A DNA stretch of 63,847 bases, counting the filler, from Choristocarpus tenellus KU-1152 (Eukaryota; Protista; Phaeophyceae): NCBI GenBank assembly GCA_964200185.2. It is 13 parts of 13 records of this genome, joined end to end, with 100 filler letters (N's around TTAATTAATTAA, not from the genome) between each part and the next. Parts side by side here need not be neighbours in the genome. Positions count along the whole stretch, not along the records: positions 30,509 to 38,693 come from CAXNAD020005033.1; positions 38,794 to 47,091 come from CAXNAD020004878.1; positions 47,192 to 50,575 come from CAXNAD020020403.1; 10 more parts are not named here. One strand, 5' to 3'. Positions 37,901 to 49,781 of this stretch are shown here, piece after piece. The position numbers and the translations under genes were made by a program. Under the pieces are notes generated by a model. That model was given only the letters and a program-made list of their open reading frames with translations, did not search any database and was not told the DNA's origin. How positions within the stretch are numbered: position 1 is the first letter of the stretch; each line of letters opens with the position of its first letter.

Positions 37901-38079
37901 TACTTATCATTGACATCAACCCTCTCGCTCTTTGTTTGGGGGATTGTTTGCTTGAGGTGTCGAGTGAAGGTTTCGTCAGCACCTGGCGATACAGAAAGTT
38001 GCTAAGGTCGCCATGAAATCCTACTACAAGTGCATCGATAATCTCACTGGGAAAGAGTACTACTTCAACCCCAAAACAA
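31916..38079 (+). CDS. Multidomain IQ / p25-alpha (TPPP-like) / IQ / WW-like protein, partial; exons 31916-32033, (33056-33076), 33459-33617, 34175-34390, 37093-37289, 37970-38079
   Basis: IQ motifs IQAIIRGRLGRR, IQSMVRMVWAR and IQGRFRQHLA. p25-alpha-like VFMAYCRFG..LVSLFKDSGLL..RIEISYSRLK|GQKYILYGHFLAVLDDL. WW-like YYKCIDNLTGKEYYFNPKT. Exon phases are compatible. Confidence 0.75.
35105..35268 (-). mobile_element. MITE family B copy in intron
   Basis: GGTCTACACCAAGGTGTCCATTTG...CCCCAAATGGACAGCCACCACCTCCCCTCAGATACTTCAAGCC. Confidence 0.82.
35420..36720 (-). pseudogene. Decayed intronless coding-like sequence inside an intron (TE- or virus-derived?)
   Basis: Long minus-strand stretches with sparse stops and frameshifts (LILKNHSLPQDIEEWRHLEF..., GVIDFLEGPDDCPCGACVLNTVENIFG). 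Family not recognised. Confidence 0.35.
37497..37541 (+). mobile_element. MITE family B end fragment
   Basis: GACTCGAAGTATCT-polyG-TGGCTGTCCATTTGGG. Confidence 0.7.
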
Positions 38080-38162
38080 GTGAGAGAGTTAGGGTTTTGC
38101 AAATGGGTCTCATTAACCCTCTTGCTTAGTTTTACATGGTCAAGTCTTCGGGCTAAGTTCTT

Positions 38163-38341
38163 GGCTCAAAGTATCTAGGGGGGGGTGGCGGCTGTCCCTT
38201 TGGGGTCAATTTTTTCATGTCGCGATTTTTGGGTGATTTGGCTGCATACTTCGGATGGATAATGTAAATATATTTTTCCTGATTTGGGGTCAAATGGACA
38301 CCCTGGTGTAGACCCGTTCCCCCCCCCAGATACTTTTACCC
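38163..38341 (+). mobile_element. MITE family B, complete ~180-bp copy
   Basis: TIRs GGCTCAAAGTATCTAGGGGGG / CCCCCCCAGATACTTTTACCC, with subterminal GTCCCTTTGGGG / CAAATGGAC. Confidence 0.88.
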
Positions 38342-38554
38342 TTTGGTCGAGATTTTAGATCTTATGCAACAATGATTCACAGCATAGGTTTTTGGATTGA
38401 GTATGGTAAGGGGGTTGCACTCCTTACATCTTCAACCTTGGATTTGGATGCATGTCTAAGAAGAGGTTGAGGATGAGATGGTTCACCCTCTAACACATTG
38501 ATCCTCGCTCATCAATCGCCTTGCTGCAATGGCATGCACTGAATCAGCCTTAAC

Positions 38555-38693
38555 GAATCTGGGGGTGGCAGCTGTCCATTTGGGGTCAATTTTTTCATGT
38601 CGCGATTTTTGGGTGTTTTTGTTCCATGTGTCGGCGGCATCCGGGAAGTGCACTCCTTCCCTTCTCGGCGCACTTGCGCTCTCTGGTGTAGAC
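38555..38693 (+). mobile_element. MITE family B diverged copy at contig end
   Basis: ATCTGGGGGTGGCAGCTGTCCATTTGGGGTCAATTTTTTCATGTCGCGATTTTTGGGTG...CTGGTGTAGAC. Confidence 0.78.
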
Positions 38694-39144
38694 NNNNNNN
38701 NNNNNNNNNNNNNNNNNNNNNNNNNNNNNNNNNNNNNTTAATTAATTAANNNNNNNNNNNNNNNNNNNNNNNNNNNNNNNNNNNNNNNNNNNNGGGGGGG
38801 GGGAGGTGGAACAATAATCAATGATAATCAACCGTTAATGATCAGGGGCACAATTTGAAAAGGAAATAGATACATACGTTCATTGCAACTGGCCAAACCT
38901 CACCAAAATCCAAGAGTTAAAAATTTTACTATTTCACTACCATTACTTTATTTTTAATATATACATAGTGGAGTGTATATTATTTGAAGTCAAAGTCTAA
39001 CACCAAGAAAAAAAATACTTTGACGAACTGAATCTTGCTTGTGACCTGTGGGAGGGGGGGTATGACATATGACACACAATAGAATACAATAAATACAATA
39101 CGATACGATACGATACGATATGCGCATTGATTTGATCGACTCAC

Positions 39145-42100
39145 CTCCTGCCTCGTCATCAGAGAGGACATCCTCATCCTCTGTTGAGATCTGAAAAAAC
39201 ATTGGGAAGGCGGTTGGTCGCAGCCGTGAGTACAGTCAAGTACAAACAGTCAAGTACAAACAGTCAAGTACAAACAGTCAAGTGCAAACAGTCAAGTGAA
39301 AACAGTCAAGTGAAAACAGTCAAGTACAAACAGTCAAGTACAAACAGTCAAGTACAAACAGTCAAGTACAAACAGTCAAGTGCAAACAGTCAAGTACAGT
39401 CAAGTACAAACAGTCAAGTGCAAACAGTCAAGTGCAAACAGTCAAGTGCAAACAGTCAAGTACAGTCAAGTACAAACAGTCAAGTACAAACAGTCAAGTG
39501 CAAACAGTCAAGTGCAAACAGTCAAGTGCAAACAGTCAAGTGCAAACAGTCAAGTGCAAATAGTCAAGTACAAACAGTCAAGTACAAACAGTCAAGTACA
39601 AACAGTCAAGTGCAAACAGTCAAGTACAAACAGTCAAGTACAAACAGTCAAGTACAAACAGTCAAGTGCAAACAGTCAAGTGCAAACAGTCAAGTACAAA
39701 CAGTCAAGTACAAACAGTCAAGTACAAACAGTCAAGTACAAACAGTCAAGTACAAACAGTTAAGTACAAACAGTCTAGTTCAAAAAAAGGGCACTCCCAC
39801 TCCTTCTACCCCTAACCCTAACCCATCTATCCACATGTCAAGTGTAACTACTGTTACTGCTGTTAGTACCACTACTACAAGTACATGAAGTCAGATCAGA
39901 ACCATCAGAACCAATATCTAAGAACCATTAATGCAAGCACAGGTCCCTCAAAATCAAGAACCCTCAACAATTACCACCATCAGGGTTGACTCTTTATATA
40001 TACATTCTTATGAAAAAATAAAAATACACATATGAACCACCCACCTTGGCCTTCCCCTGATCATTCACTCCTTGATTCCAGAGCATGCTTCTTATGCTCC
40101 CAAAGTATCTGACAATTCAGTTACATAAGACAATTCAGTTACAAAATAAAACACCAACAGACAGTTCACTAAACAAACACGATAGCTCACAAAAAATATG
40201 TACCAAATTTAGTTCACAAAAATAAATGTGTATGTACCAAATTTTGTTCATCACAACAACAAAAATATATAAATATTCTGTTTATTTTTACATTTTACTG
40301 TGTGTTGTTGCAGTGAGGGAGGAAAGAGGAGAAGTTCACGTGCGAACACTCCAAGAACACTCCAAGCACAATACCAGAACATGCACCATTACTATTATCA
40401 TCACTACAGTTTTTAAATGTTAGTATTATTAACGTTTGTAACAATTACCAGTATCTACTATTACTGTGAATCCAAAACACTTCACCTGCCTACATTATCT
40501 GCGCCATTGAAGCAGTCTCCTTCGTAGGAACAGACTACACTATTAAACAATACTTTTTAAGTACAGAAACATGTCAATCTTACACTAGTAGTACAAGCAA
40601 GAACAGAGATACATTCACAAGAAAAAAAGAGCCGGTGACAGATTGATTTTCAACCTATAGTATAATCAAGACACGAAAAAGAACATATATTTAAACATTA
40701 GTAAAAAGCTTTTTTATTCATACTTAAAAAAAAAAAAAATACACAGAAATAAAAGAAAAAAGACGTACCATCGAAGCACCACAAGCCTTCATTCTGATAA
40801 TCTACTAGAATAACATCATAACAAGATAAAACAATAATAATAGAAATAATAATAACAATAACATGAACAATAATAATAGCAATAATAATAATAATAGTAA
40901 TAATAACAATAATAGTAACAATAATATCAATAATAACAATAATAATAATAGTAACAGTAACAACAATAAGAAGAACAACAACAATAACAATAATAACAGT
41001 AACAACAAAAACAATAATAATAATAAAAGTGGTAGCAGTCAAATCGATGCCTTTGATTTTGTGATCGACATAATTTTTTCGCCTCCCAATTATATTTTCC
41101 CAATCTCTAATTATGTAACTGTGTATGTGCCATGAACAGCAAATAATGATGACCCTACTGAATGACATCATCTCTATGCAACTGTTACAATTCCCTTTCA
41201 TTTTCCTATCCAATCAAATCCAATTCACCCAGACCAGACAGACCCGATCAAATAAACAAACACTTCAAGAACACTTGCAACCTGAGAGATTCACAGTGTT
41301 CTCATCTGCGGGCAACAAGACCACCCAATACCAACACACACACACACACACAACACAACACAACACAACACACAACAGAAAAAAACAAAAAATATCCAAC
41401 GTGCCACACTCACCCTTAAAACTCCCTCCCCCCCCCCCCCCCCCCAAAAAAAAAAAAAAAAAAACGTAGTGAGAATCACTTACTTGGCAAGGGGTACTGG
41501 CCCTGACACTGTGAACGGTTCGCTTGTGGTTCCACTAGGTCGACTTCCTTGGGATGTCATCGAACCTCCCTTATCCACAATCCCTTCCTCCACCGCGGTC
41601 ACCTCTGGGTCGCATGACTTGCAATCATGGTGAGTTCGCTAAGGATGATCGAGGATGATGAGACACAACAGTGCGCAGACAGAACAAGGAGAGAGAGGCG
41701 GGTCGGATCCCTTCAAACAAAAAAACAAAAAACAAAAAACAAAAAAATCGACAAGTTGTGGTCAACTTCAACTTCACGGGGGGGGGGGGAGGGGAAGGGG
41801 GGGGAGCACAAAGAATAATAAATAAATTCACCAAAAATTTAGGTAACACCATTCAGGACACGCCTTCTGCTATCACACAGGTGCGTCAAAGAGCGGAGCT
41901 CTTGAAACAAAAAGAGCAACAGTATCGTCCGTACCTAGCGAGTCTCCTTACAGCCCCCCTCCCCCCCCCCGGGAGGGATGTATCCCCAGCGAGGACAACG
42001 CCTCTCGGTGGAGAACTCTTACTTCCCAACACTCGAGAACCTCTGCTACCAAAATAAAATAAAATCAAGCATGTTGGGGTAGGGTGCCCCCAGGCAGGTC

Positions 42101-42335
42101 TTGTCTCATCAATAACTTTTCCGATTCGTCCCATCAACCCACCAAAAAATATAAAAATGTAATTTTAAAAAAAAATTAAACTCTGGAGGTCACATTCCTT
42201 GCACTCTGTCACCACACCATGTGCACTCAATAATTGCTCTCATCAAGCTAGTGACTAGCCCTAGCCCTAGCCCTAGCTCGAGAGCTACTTTCGAGGTACA
42301 TCTTTCAACCGTCCCACTCCATCTTATTTCTAAGA

Positions 42336-42387
<52 letters not shown>

Positions 42388-44696
42388 CCCCCCTTCCTTC
42401 CTCTCTCTTCTCTTCTNNNNNNNNNNCCCCCAACCTCTCCTCTTCATCCACCCCCTTCCCCCCCCCCCCCCCCCCTCTCTTCTACATACCCCCCCCCCCC
42501 CCCCCCCCCCCTCCCTCACTTCTCCATTCCACTTTTATTTTTTTCTCAAACCTCCCTTGTTGGGATATCGTTAATATCACAGAGGTCACAGAACAAATGC
42601 CGAGGACCTAAATATTCGCACCTGGGGTTCCTGAGATCGTTCTGGGGGCACCCTGACATCATCCAATATAATATATAAATATGTATGCCCTGAGGTGGTG
42701 TAGCGTGGGTACATTCAGCCACAGAGCACCTGAGCAATGCTACCAAGGACGCCCTATTGTGTTGGACAATGTATAGATCAAACCCTTCACAGAACACTAA
42801 GAGGCAACAATCCTTCACAGATTGCCCGAGTTCAAACCCTCAGGATAAAGCTTCCCAAATTTCAACAAGGTAGCAGGAAATCAACCTTTTCGTAAGAGGA
42901 TCGCCAACTGGAGGTCAATAGGAATCCCAGGATAGGTCCCAGCAACACTGCGGGGTGACTAATGCTTGAGGATGGTAACTTTTAACAAAAGAATAGTTCA
43001 GAGACAAATTCAACAAAAGTACATGTTGGTGCTCAATCAGAGTCCTAAGTACGATGTTGAGGTGTCTTGTATTGTCAAAAAGAATAGTGCGTCTTGTCTT
43101 GTAAAAAGAATGGTGTGTCCTGCATTATCAAAAGAGTAGTCACCTCTTCCAAATTGCCAGGGTCTCTTCCACCTTGAGCATATACACACACGTACACATA
43201 CATACGTATGTAAGTATATACAAATGTATTTCACACCCAATTGCCTATCCTCAACCCCTTACCCAGTACATGTCACATATGCACGCTATTAATGCTGTAC
43301 TGATAAGCAGGCCATCGAGATGAAAATGACTCGGGTTTGAGCCCTGGATCCCTCCGCACCTTCCTCAAGACAACCAATTGATAATTAGGGTTAGGGTGTC
43401 CTTGTTTATAATCTACCTCTACGACTGGCATTGGTTTGTACCATTCTAGGGAGGTGCTTCTTCTCATGAACTAGGTATTTCACCTCAAGGTTCATAATAA
43501 ATAACCTCTTTTATATCTATCCTTAACCTTAAGAGACTCTCAGTTCGTCCGGGAAATGATTTGTGGGTGCTCTAGAGTTAAGACAGATCACTACAGAGCG
43601 AAAATACTAATATTAGATTTGAAGTACTTCATGAGAGACTGCACACGGTACAAACCCACGACCATCAAGCCTAGCCGTAATCATGTAGGTTAGGCGCGCC
43701 AAATCAGGATGTGGCAGTCAGACTCTGCATGAAAAAATAGCTTTGAACAAACTATAGAAAGGAAGGACTGTGGACTTCATCTTCTCCTTTTACAAGAAAA
43801 TATCGTAAGCTCTACAAAACCGAAAGGTTGATCATCAGCCCAAACACTGCATTTCCGAGAGCATCCAAAAAGGACAGTGACTATGTGCCTACCAGTGCCA
43901 CAACCAACGTCCCCTAAATTGCACATGTTGTAGTTGTCTAAAGGATGTTATCACAAGTCACTGATGACCACAGTATTGAGGACAGCCGACAGGGCTAAGA
44001 AAAACCGCAGAAGTACAGCGATGAAACTCAATATCGAGGTCCACCTGGGTCCGATGATCGGGTGTAACTCAGGATATGTGTGGAAGGAGGGGGGATGGGG
44101 GAATTACGCTTAGGAATTGGGCACACGATGATTTGTAGGAGATCAATTCTCGAAGGAATAGGAATATCACAAGTGGTTCATACCCATGAAACAAAAGCAT
44201 AGGCAAACGAGTAATCGATACACTCCTATATTAGGAAACTTCAACATGTCACTCATCAATACGTCATACATTGGAAAGACGCACAGGCAGCGTATGCAAA
44301 CATATGGTGATACGTCACAGTTGATCACGAGTAAGCAGGAATCACATCTAGTTCAACTACATTTGGCAACATTCGATATTACTCACCTGCATTATGTACA
44401 AATGCGATCTATGCCTTACCTCGTGACTTTCAGAAAGAACTCGGTCTAACAAGAAGAGAAACGCCAAACGCATAGAAATATAGCGCAAAGACTAGCGGCA
44501 ACCACCCCTGTAGTATATAATCTCGTTAGATGTGTACTTATTGCTCACCGACTCGGAAACTCCGTCTTTCGTGCCCTCTTCCTCCTTCGACTCTTCACCA
44601 AGAGCATTCTCAAATCTCTCGATGGAGTCTTGACGGGCTAGCTTGGCCTTTGTCAATAGCATATCACTCGGTGGGGGCTCCAACGATGCCAGCATG
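39145..44696 (-). CDS. Unknown protein, partial; putative exons 44696-44549, 41638-41484, 39190-39145
   Basis: Three AG/GT-bounded segments with strong donors (GTGAGC, GTAAGT, GTGAGT) that join in frame: ..ERFENALGEESKEEEGTKDGVSES|RTHHDCKSCDPEV..PLAK|SQQRMRMSSLMTRQE. No recognised domain. Confidence 0.42.
39232..39779. repeat. 14-bp minisatellite, about 39 units
   Basis: (ACAGTCAAGTRCAA)n with A/G variants and two 10-bp short units. Confidence 0.97.
40829..41026. repeat. Degenerate (AAT/AAC/AGT)n microsatellite
   Basis: About 200 bp of trinucleotide tract producing spurious poly-N, poly-L and poly-I ORFs. Confidence 0.95.
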
Positions 44697-45989
44697 CTTG
44701 GTGTGGATAGGAGGTTGAAGATATTGGTCAATTAGGGTGCCAGGGGGGCTAAAAATCTGTTAGGATATTTTGCGGACGACCTCACACCTGATACTGAAGG
44801 ACAGTTTATATATGCATTGAAACTTGAAATCTCTTCGAGCTTGTTTGAAAAGATGACGGATCACTAAGACCACCTCATAATCTTCAGACACAAATCATGG
44901 TGAGGATATACACTGAACTCTAGAAGTTGTGCAGTCAGAAATCATCCAACTATCCACAGAAAGACATCCATGCGGTTCCAGAACTGGAAGCCCCACCTTC
45001 ATAGGACTTGACTGGTCCCTTATCCAATTGTTTCATTTTCTGTTCCATCATTATCAAGACCAGAATACTCTCAACTCCTTAGCATTTACCAACTAAGTGC
45101 AACACTCACCTCCCTACTACATCAACTGCAACCATTAATGACCTACCTGCTATCTTCTTAGCGCCTACTGGAGCGAGTCAGCGACAAAAAAATGTCGCCG
45201 ACAAAAACACTGTCCAATCTAGAAGAATGATACGGTCAGATGTAGTAGTGTGGGTAACTCAGAAACTAAAGTTGATGTCGTGGTGCAACCTTCCAACCTC
45301 TTATATGCAGAAAGGATGAAGATTTAACAATAAAACAAAATATTATTTTTCTGAATTTGAGTTTGTTCTGGTTTTGGTGTTTTTTGTTGGGGGGTTAACT
45401 ATTATATCCATTTTTATTTTAATCTTTGATAAATGTCAAGCCCCAAACTGGAAAGATAATGCAGATCATGACAGAAGGATTCTTGGGGCATATGTGACGA
45501 CAAGTGTTCAATAACAATGGGGAGTATATCAAGTTTAGTAGGATGAACAGACTTCCTCTTGGAAATACAATTTTGGGTGTCCCAGGGGAAAGGGTTCCAT
45601 ACGTACCATTTCATCATAGGGGAGATCCGATATCTACCTTGATGGCGTCTTTGAAGGGATCAGATCACACTATCATATTTTATTATTATGCCCTCTGACA
45701 CTATCGTTATCAGTCTGTCTCCTTCATCGCTTTGCTCCAACGGTAAGATATACCCACATACGAAAGAGTTTTTTTCTCAATCGTTTTGAGTGGAGAGAAC
45801 CAGGCAAGGACATCCACAACAAATCTGGACAGTTAATGAGGGAACATAACACTCATCATGGAACAGTGGAGGAGACGCTTCATATTACTCCTTAACACCG
45901 AGTTGGCTGATCGCAACAACGCTCATATTCCTTCTTCCTTTGTCGATGACCCACATCCATAGCACTGACGAATGCACCAGTGACGATGG

Positions 45990-46700
45990 AGACAGCTGAA
46001 GCACACTGGGCAGAGGGAAATGGGAAGGATACAGGTCTCGACAATCTTCCAGTTGACCTACTAAAACTTGGTCTACGGGAGGAATGGGTATATCCTCCAG
46101 GATTTCCGTAAGATTATGTTGGCTGTGTTGTACCAGGAGTTTGTGCCTTGAATTAGGGAGGACGTGGTCATCACCGTGCTCCACGAGGAGGACGGGAATG
46201 ACTGTTGCAGCTATAGAGATATCTTATTGATGGTACGTGCTGGCAATGCACCTCTCGAAGTCATTGAACGACGACTGGGAGGTTATCACGAACTAGAGAA
46301 CGTACTTCATAAGGAACAGTGTGGTTTCCTACCCTGATGCTCTATAGTAGATAGACATGATGTACACTATACGTGCCCTGCAAGACCTTGACTTGGAAAA
46401 CTGTGTACCCCTATTCATGTGTTTATCGATCTAGAAAAAGACTGTGCTGTGCTAGACAAATTTGGCGTACCTAAGAAAGTCATTTCTGTCATCCGCCAAT
46501 TCCATGAAGGAATGAGGGCATGCATTCGCATGAATAGTTGGCGAATACATAATAGATTGGTTCAAGGTTGGAAAGGGCCTTCGATAAATGGCGTCTTAAT
46601 GTTCACAACCTCTTTAATATCTTCTTCACTGTAGTTCTAAGTGTAGGAGTTGAGGAATTCACCTCTGACCCGCCTATCTCCAAAGAAGGATTCTGTCTTC
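45990..46700 (+). mobile_element. Decayed RTE-clade LINE reverse transcriptase
   Basis: VITVLHE..CCSYRDILL..AGNAPLEVIERRL..LHKEQCGF..DMMYTIRALQD..CFIDLEK..VLDKFGVPKKVISVIRQFHEGMRACIR, across frameshifts. Confidence 0.88.
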
Positions 46701-47067
46701 ATCAAGAGAAAGCCCACTAGCAACGCTGGCACCCACCTGTCATGATGTACGTGTTCGTGGATAGTGGTGCTGATACACTACTATAGACACCACTAGTGGA
46801 GCATATATTAGGATGGAGAGTCGATTATATGTATTGACTCACTAGTGTCCACTGATTTGTGTTCTGTTCTAGATACGCTTTTTCGATTGAAGATGAGTAC
46901 GCAACTAATCCATAGTGTCGACGATTGCAAATCCCACACTATAGGAATAGAAATGGGTGCCAACAGTTGTGAGCCCTATGAGTTCAGTCAACGGCATTGC
47001 AACCAGTAACACTGATATTATATATTCACACCAAGGTACTTATTGTTCTATACCAAGGTACACGATT

Positions 47068-47091
47068 GACCCAAAGTATCTGGGAGGGGGG
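47068..47091 (-). mobile_element. MITE family B terminus at contig end
   Basis: GACCCAAAGTATCTGGGAGGGGG. Confidence 0.7.
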
Positions 47092-48419
47092 NNNNNNNNN
47101 NNNNNNNNNNNNNNNNNNNNNNNNNNNNNNNNNNNTTAATTAATTAANNNNNNNNNNNNNNNNNNNNNNNNNNNNNNNNNNNNNNNNNNNNAAAAAAAAA
47201 AAATCAAGGGAAGTGGGTGTTTAGTTTTGTGGAAAGTTCTCAAGGCCACACCCCCCCCCCCCCCCCCCTGGTGGGCGCCCTTACCCAGTATATTGGCTTG
47301 AGGATTGGGAACTGTAAAGAGGTGTTTTAGACATTTCACACACTGAACTGTGGGATCTGGTTCAGCGACTGAAGGAGTCTTGAAACATCTACAGGATTTT
47401 ATTTTACTTTGAGGATCGTAGAGATTATCATGGGGATGGAGAGAGGAGACTTTTCTTTTTTTCTTGTACTATTTTATGTATTTTTTTATTTTTCTGCTGG
47501 GGAAGAATTAACTAATTTTTTTTTTGTATTTAGTGACACAAGACCTCAGAAATGGAGATGATGCCCTAGCAGGGAGAGACAGAATGAACCTCAACCTCTA
47601 CTACAGAGTATGTGGTACTTGTATGTAGTAATTCTTCCCTTGTTGGCGTTTTCTATATACAACAAGGCGCTTATTCCCGTATTAGATGGTGCAGCATCAA
47701 AATATTATTATTATTGTTGTTGTTGTTGTCATTGCAGTAAGTGAGAGAAGGGGTGTCTTGAAAACAAAATTTTTCTGCTGTTTTATCAGGTGTCGGTGTT
47801 TCAATGATTTTGATTGAGTAAACCTGTTCGAATAAGTGAATTTGTGCGGGGTCTTGAACTGCAGCGAAACATCTTGAGTTGATTTGATGATTGGTCAAAG
47901 AGCAATCCTTGGCAGGTCTTGAGGAGAATCTCTCCTTTCCTCAGGACGCTTCAGTACGCAGGCATCACATCGGATGGCCCGACACTGTTTTTAGGAAGCC
48001 CTCATTGAAAAAAAAATCGATAGTGCTACTGTTGAATTTCCCAGATTTTCAGGTGGTAGTACCGCATAGGGTTAGGGTTAGGGTTTTGTTCTGAGATTTA
48101 TGAGAGGTTTGTCGATGTGCCTTCTGTTTCTCTTAATCTTGCTCTGCACCCCCCAACCCCCCTCTCTTCTCTCTCTGTAAATAGATGTCTGTGGTGTATT
48201 GTTAGTACTACTCTACTGCACCTCAAAAGTGTAACATTGTCGATGCGGAATGAAAAACGCATCACACATTTTCCGCTTAAAAAAAATATATATGGTATGT
48301 CATTTCTTTTATCTTTTTTATCATCTTTGTGCACTCTTGTCTGATAGTTACTGTCCAATCCTCCACTCCCACATGTGTGTGTGTGTGTGTTTAATTTTAA
48401 TTTTAATTTTAATCTGCAG

Positions 48420-49699
48420 GACCTGGTGATCCAGTACGAGGTGGAGCTCCGGAACGGTCTGACCTGTGGTGGGGCTTATATCAAGGTTAGTTAAAATGGG
48501 GGGAGGGGGGGGGGTTATTCTGCAATGGCGTTCTTATTTTATTTATTTTTATGCTGTTACTATTTATGTTTTTGCTTGAAAATATAAGGGAATCCTTTGA
48601 ATGAGAGGAAAAAAGACATGAGGCGTCGGTCCGTCCATATTGAGGTATGTACATGCATACAGGTTTTCTGAGTAAGTCTTTCAAACTTTATTTTGAGTTC
48701 ATGTAGTGATAGCATGCGTATATGTTAACAGTATATACCTTGTGTACTACTGGTGGTATACCTTGGAATGTCTTCCTGACCTGCCAGTCCCCCACAAAGA
48801 TTTTTCTTGGTACGGATGCGAATGAAATATGTGTATCAAGTATTTACCATCTCTTTTGATAAACAAACAAAAAATGAGAATTGGAAACGCACTCCATGTG
48901 CACGTGCATGCATGTAGAAGTTGAACAGATTTTATCGAAGATGAGAGTTAAATGTGTTAAAAGTTAAATGCAAGATTCGAGTGTTGTCTGAGGGAGGCGT
49001 GTGTGTACAGGGAGAGGTCTCGAGTTTTGGTTCTTGATAGGGATTTGAATGGAGAAGTTGGCTTCGATTTCTTGTGTGATAAAAAAAATCGATTTCATAA
49101 TGATTTTTTTGTTTTTTAATTGAATTGCCCACTGGAGAAGTTATATTTGTACACGCCTGGTTAACTTTTTGTAGTAGGAAGTAACTTCTTTGCAATCGTA
49201 AATATATATATATATATTTTTTTATTTTTTTCTGTACGTCCATCAAGGTAGGTTCCGTGCGAGAATGAGGTTTGCACTACCCGTCTTCCACAACTATTTA
49301 TTGAACAGGAAGATATTTTGTAGAAGGTTGTGCTTGGTGATTCAATGATTGTTGATTAAGAGTATTCACATTTCGAGGTACATGTGTACCTTCATACGAC
49401 AATCATTATTATCTTTTCGAGTGAGCTATGTATTCCACTGAGGTACAGTCCTGTACTGAGTTATTTTAGTAAGTACTATGAGCAGGGACAGAGGCTGTCT
49501 GTGATGGACACTAGTGCGTGGAAGGATACCAACACATAGACACACACATATACACATATTTTGTCCACAATGGCACTTGTGACATGTGATGATATTGAAG
49601 GTTGTGCGGGATGAGCCGGGTCTGGACCTCACCAATCTCGACAATGAGACTCCCTACACCATCATGTTTGGGCCAGACAAGTGTGGCACTACCAACAAG
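48420..49699 (+). CDS. CNX: Calnexin, partial; exons 48420-48485, 49601-49699
   Basis: [22 protein letters not shown]|[33 protein letters not shown] carries both calreticulin-family signatures. PDKCG favours calnexin. Not in the ORF track. Confidence 0.92.
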
Positions 49700-49781
49700 G
49701 TGATTGGATGAAATGATTGCTACTGACAAGGTGATTGGATGAAATGATCACCACTAACAAGGTGATTGGATGAAATGATTG
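49689..49781. repeat. 31-bp tandem repeat x3 spanning the calnexin donor site
   Basis: ACAAG|GTGATTGGATGAAATGAT recurs with GT at 49700, 49731 and 49762. Confidence 0.93.

Noticed and set aside
39184-39888. 234-aa repetitive ORF (QVQTVKYKQSSTNS)
   Set aside because: Translation of a stop-free 14-bp minisatellite that is open in more than one frame.
40698-41213. Poly-I, poly-L and poly-N ORFs
   Set aside because: Trinucleotide microsatellite.
41881-42057. Exon-like plus-strand frame VRQRAELLKQKEQQYRPYLASLL after a CAG
   Set aside because: No partner exons or recognisable domain, and it lies antisense within another tentative gene model.
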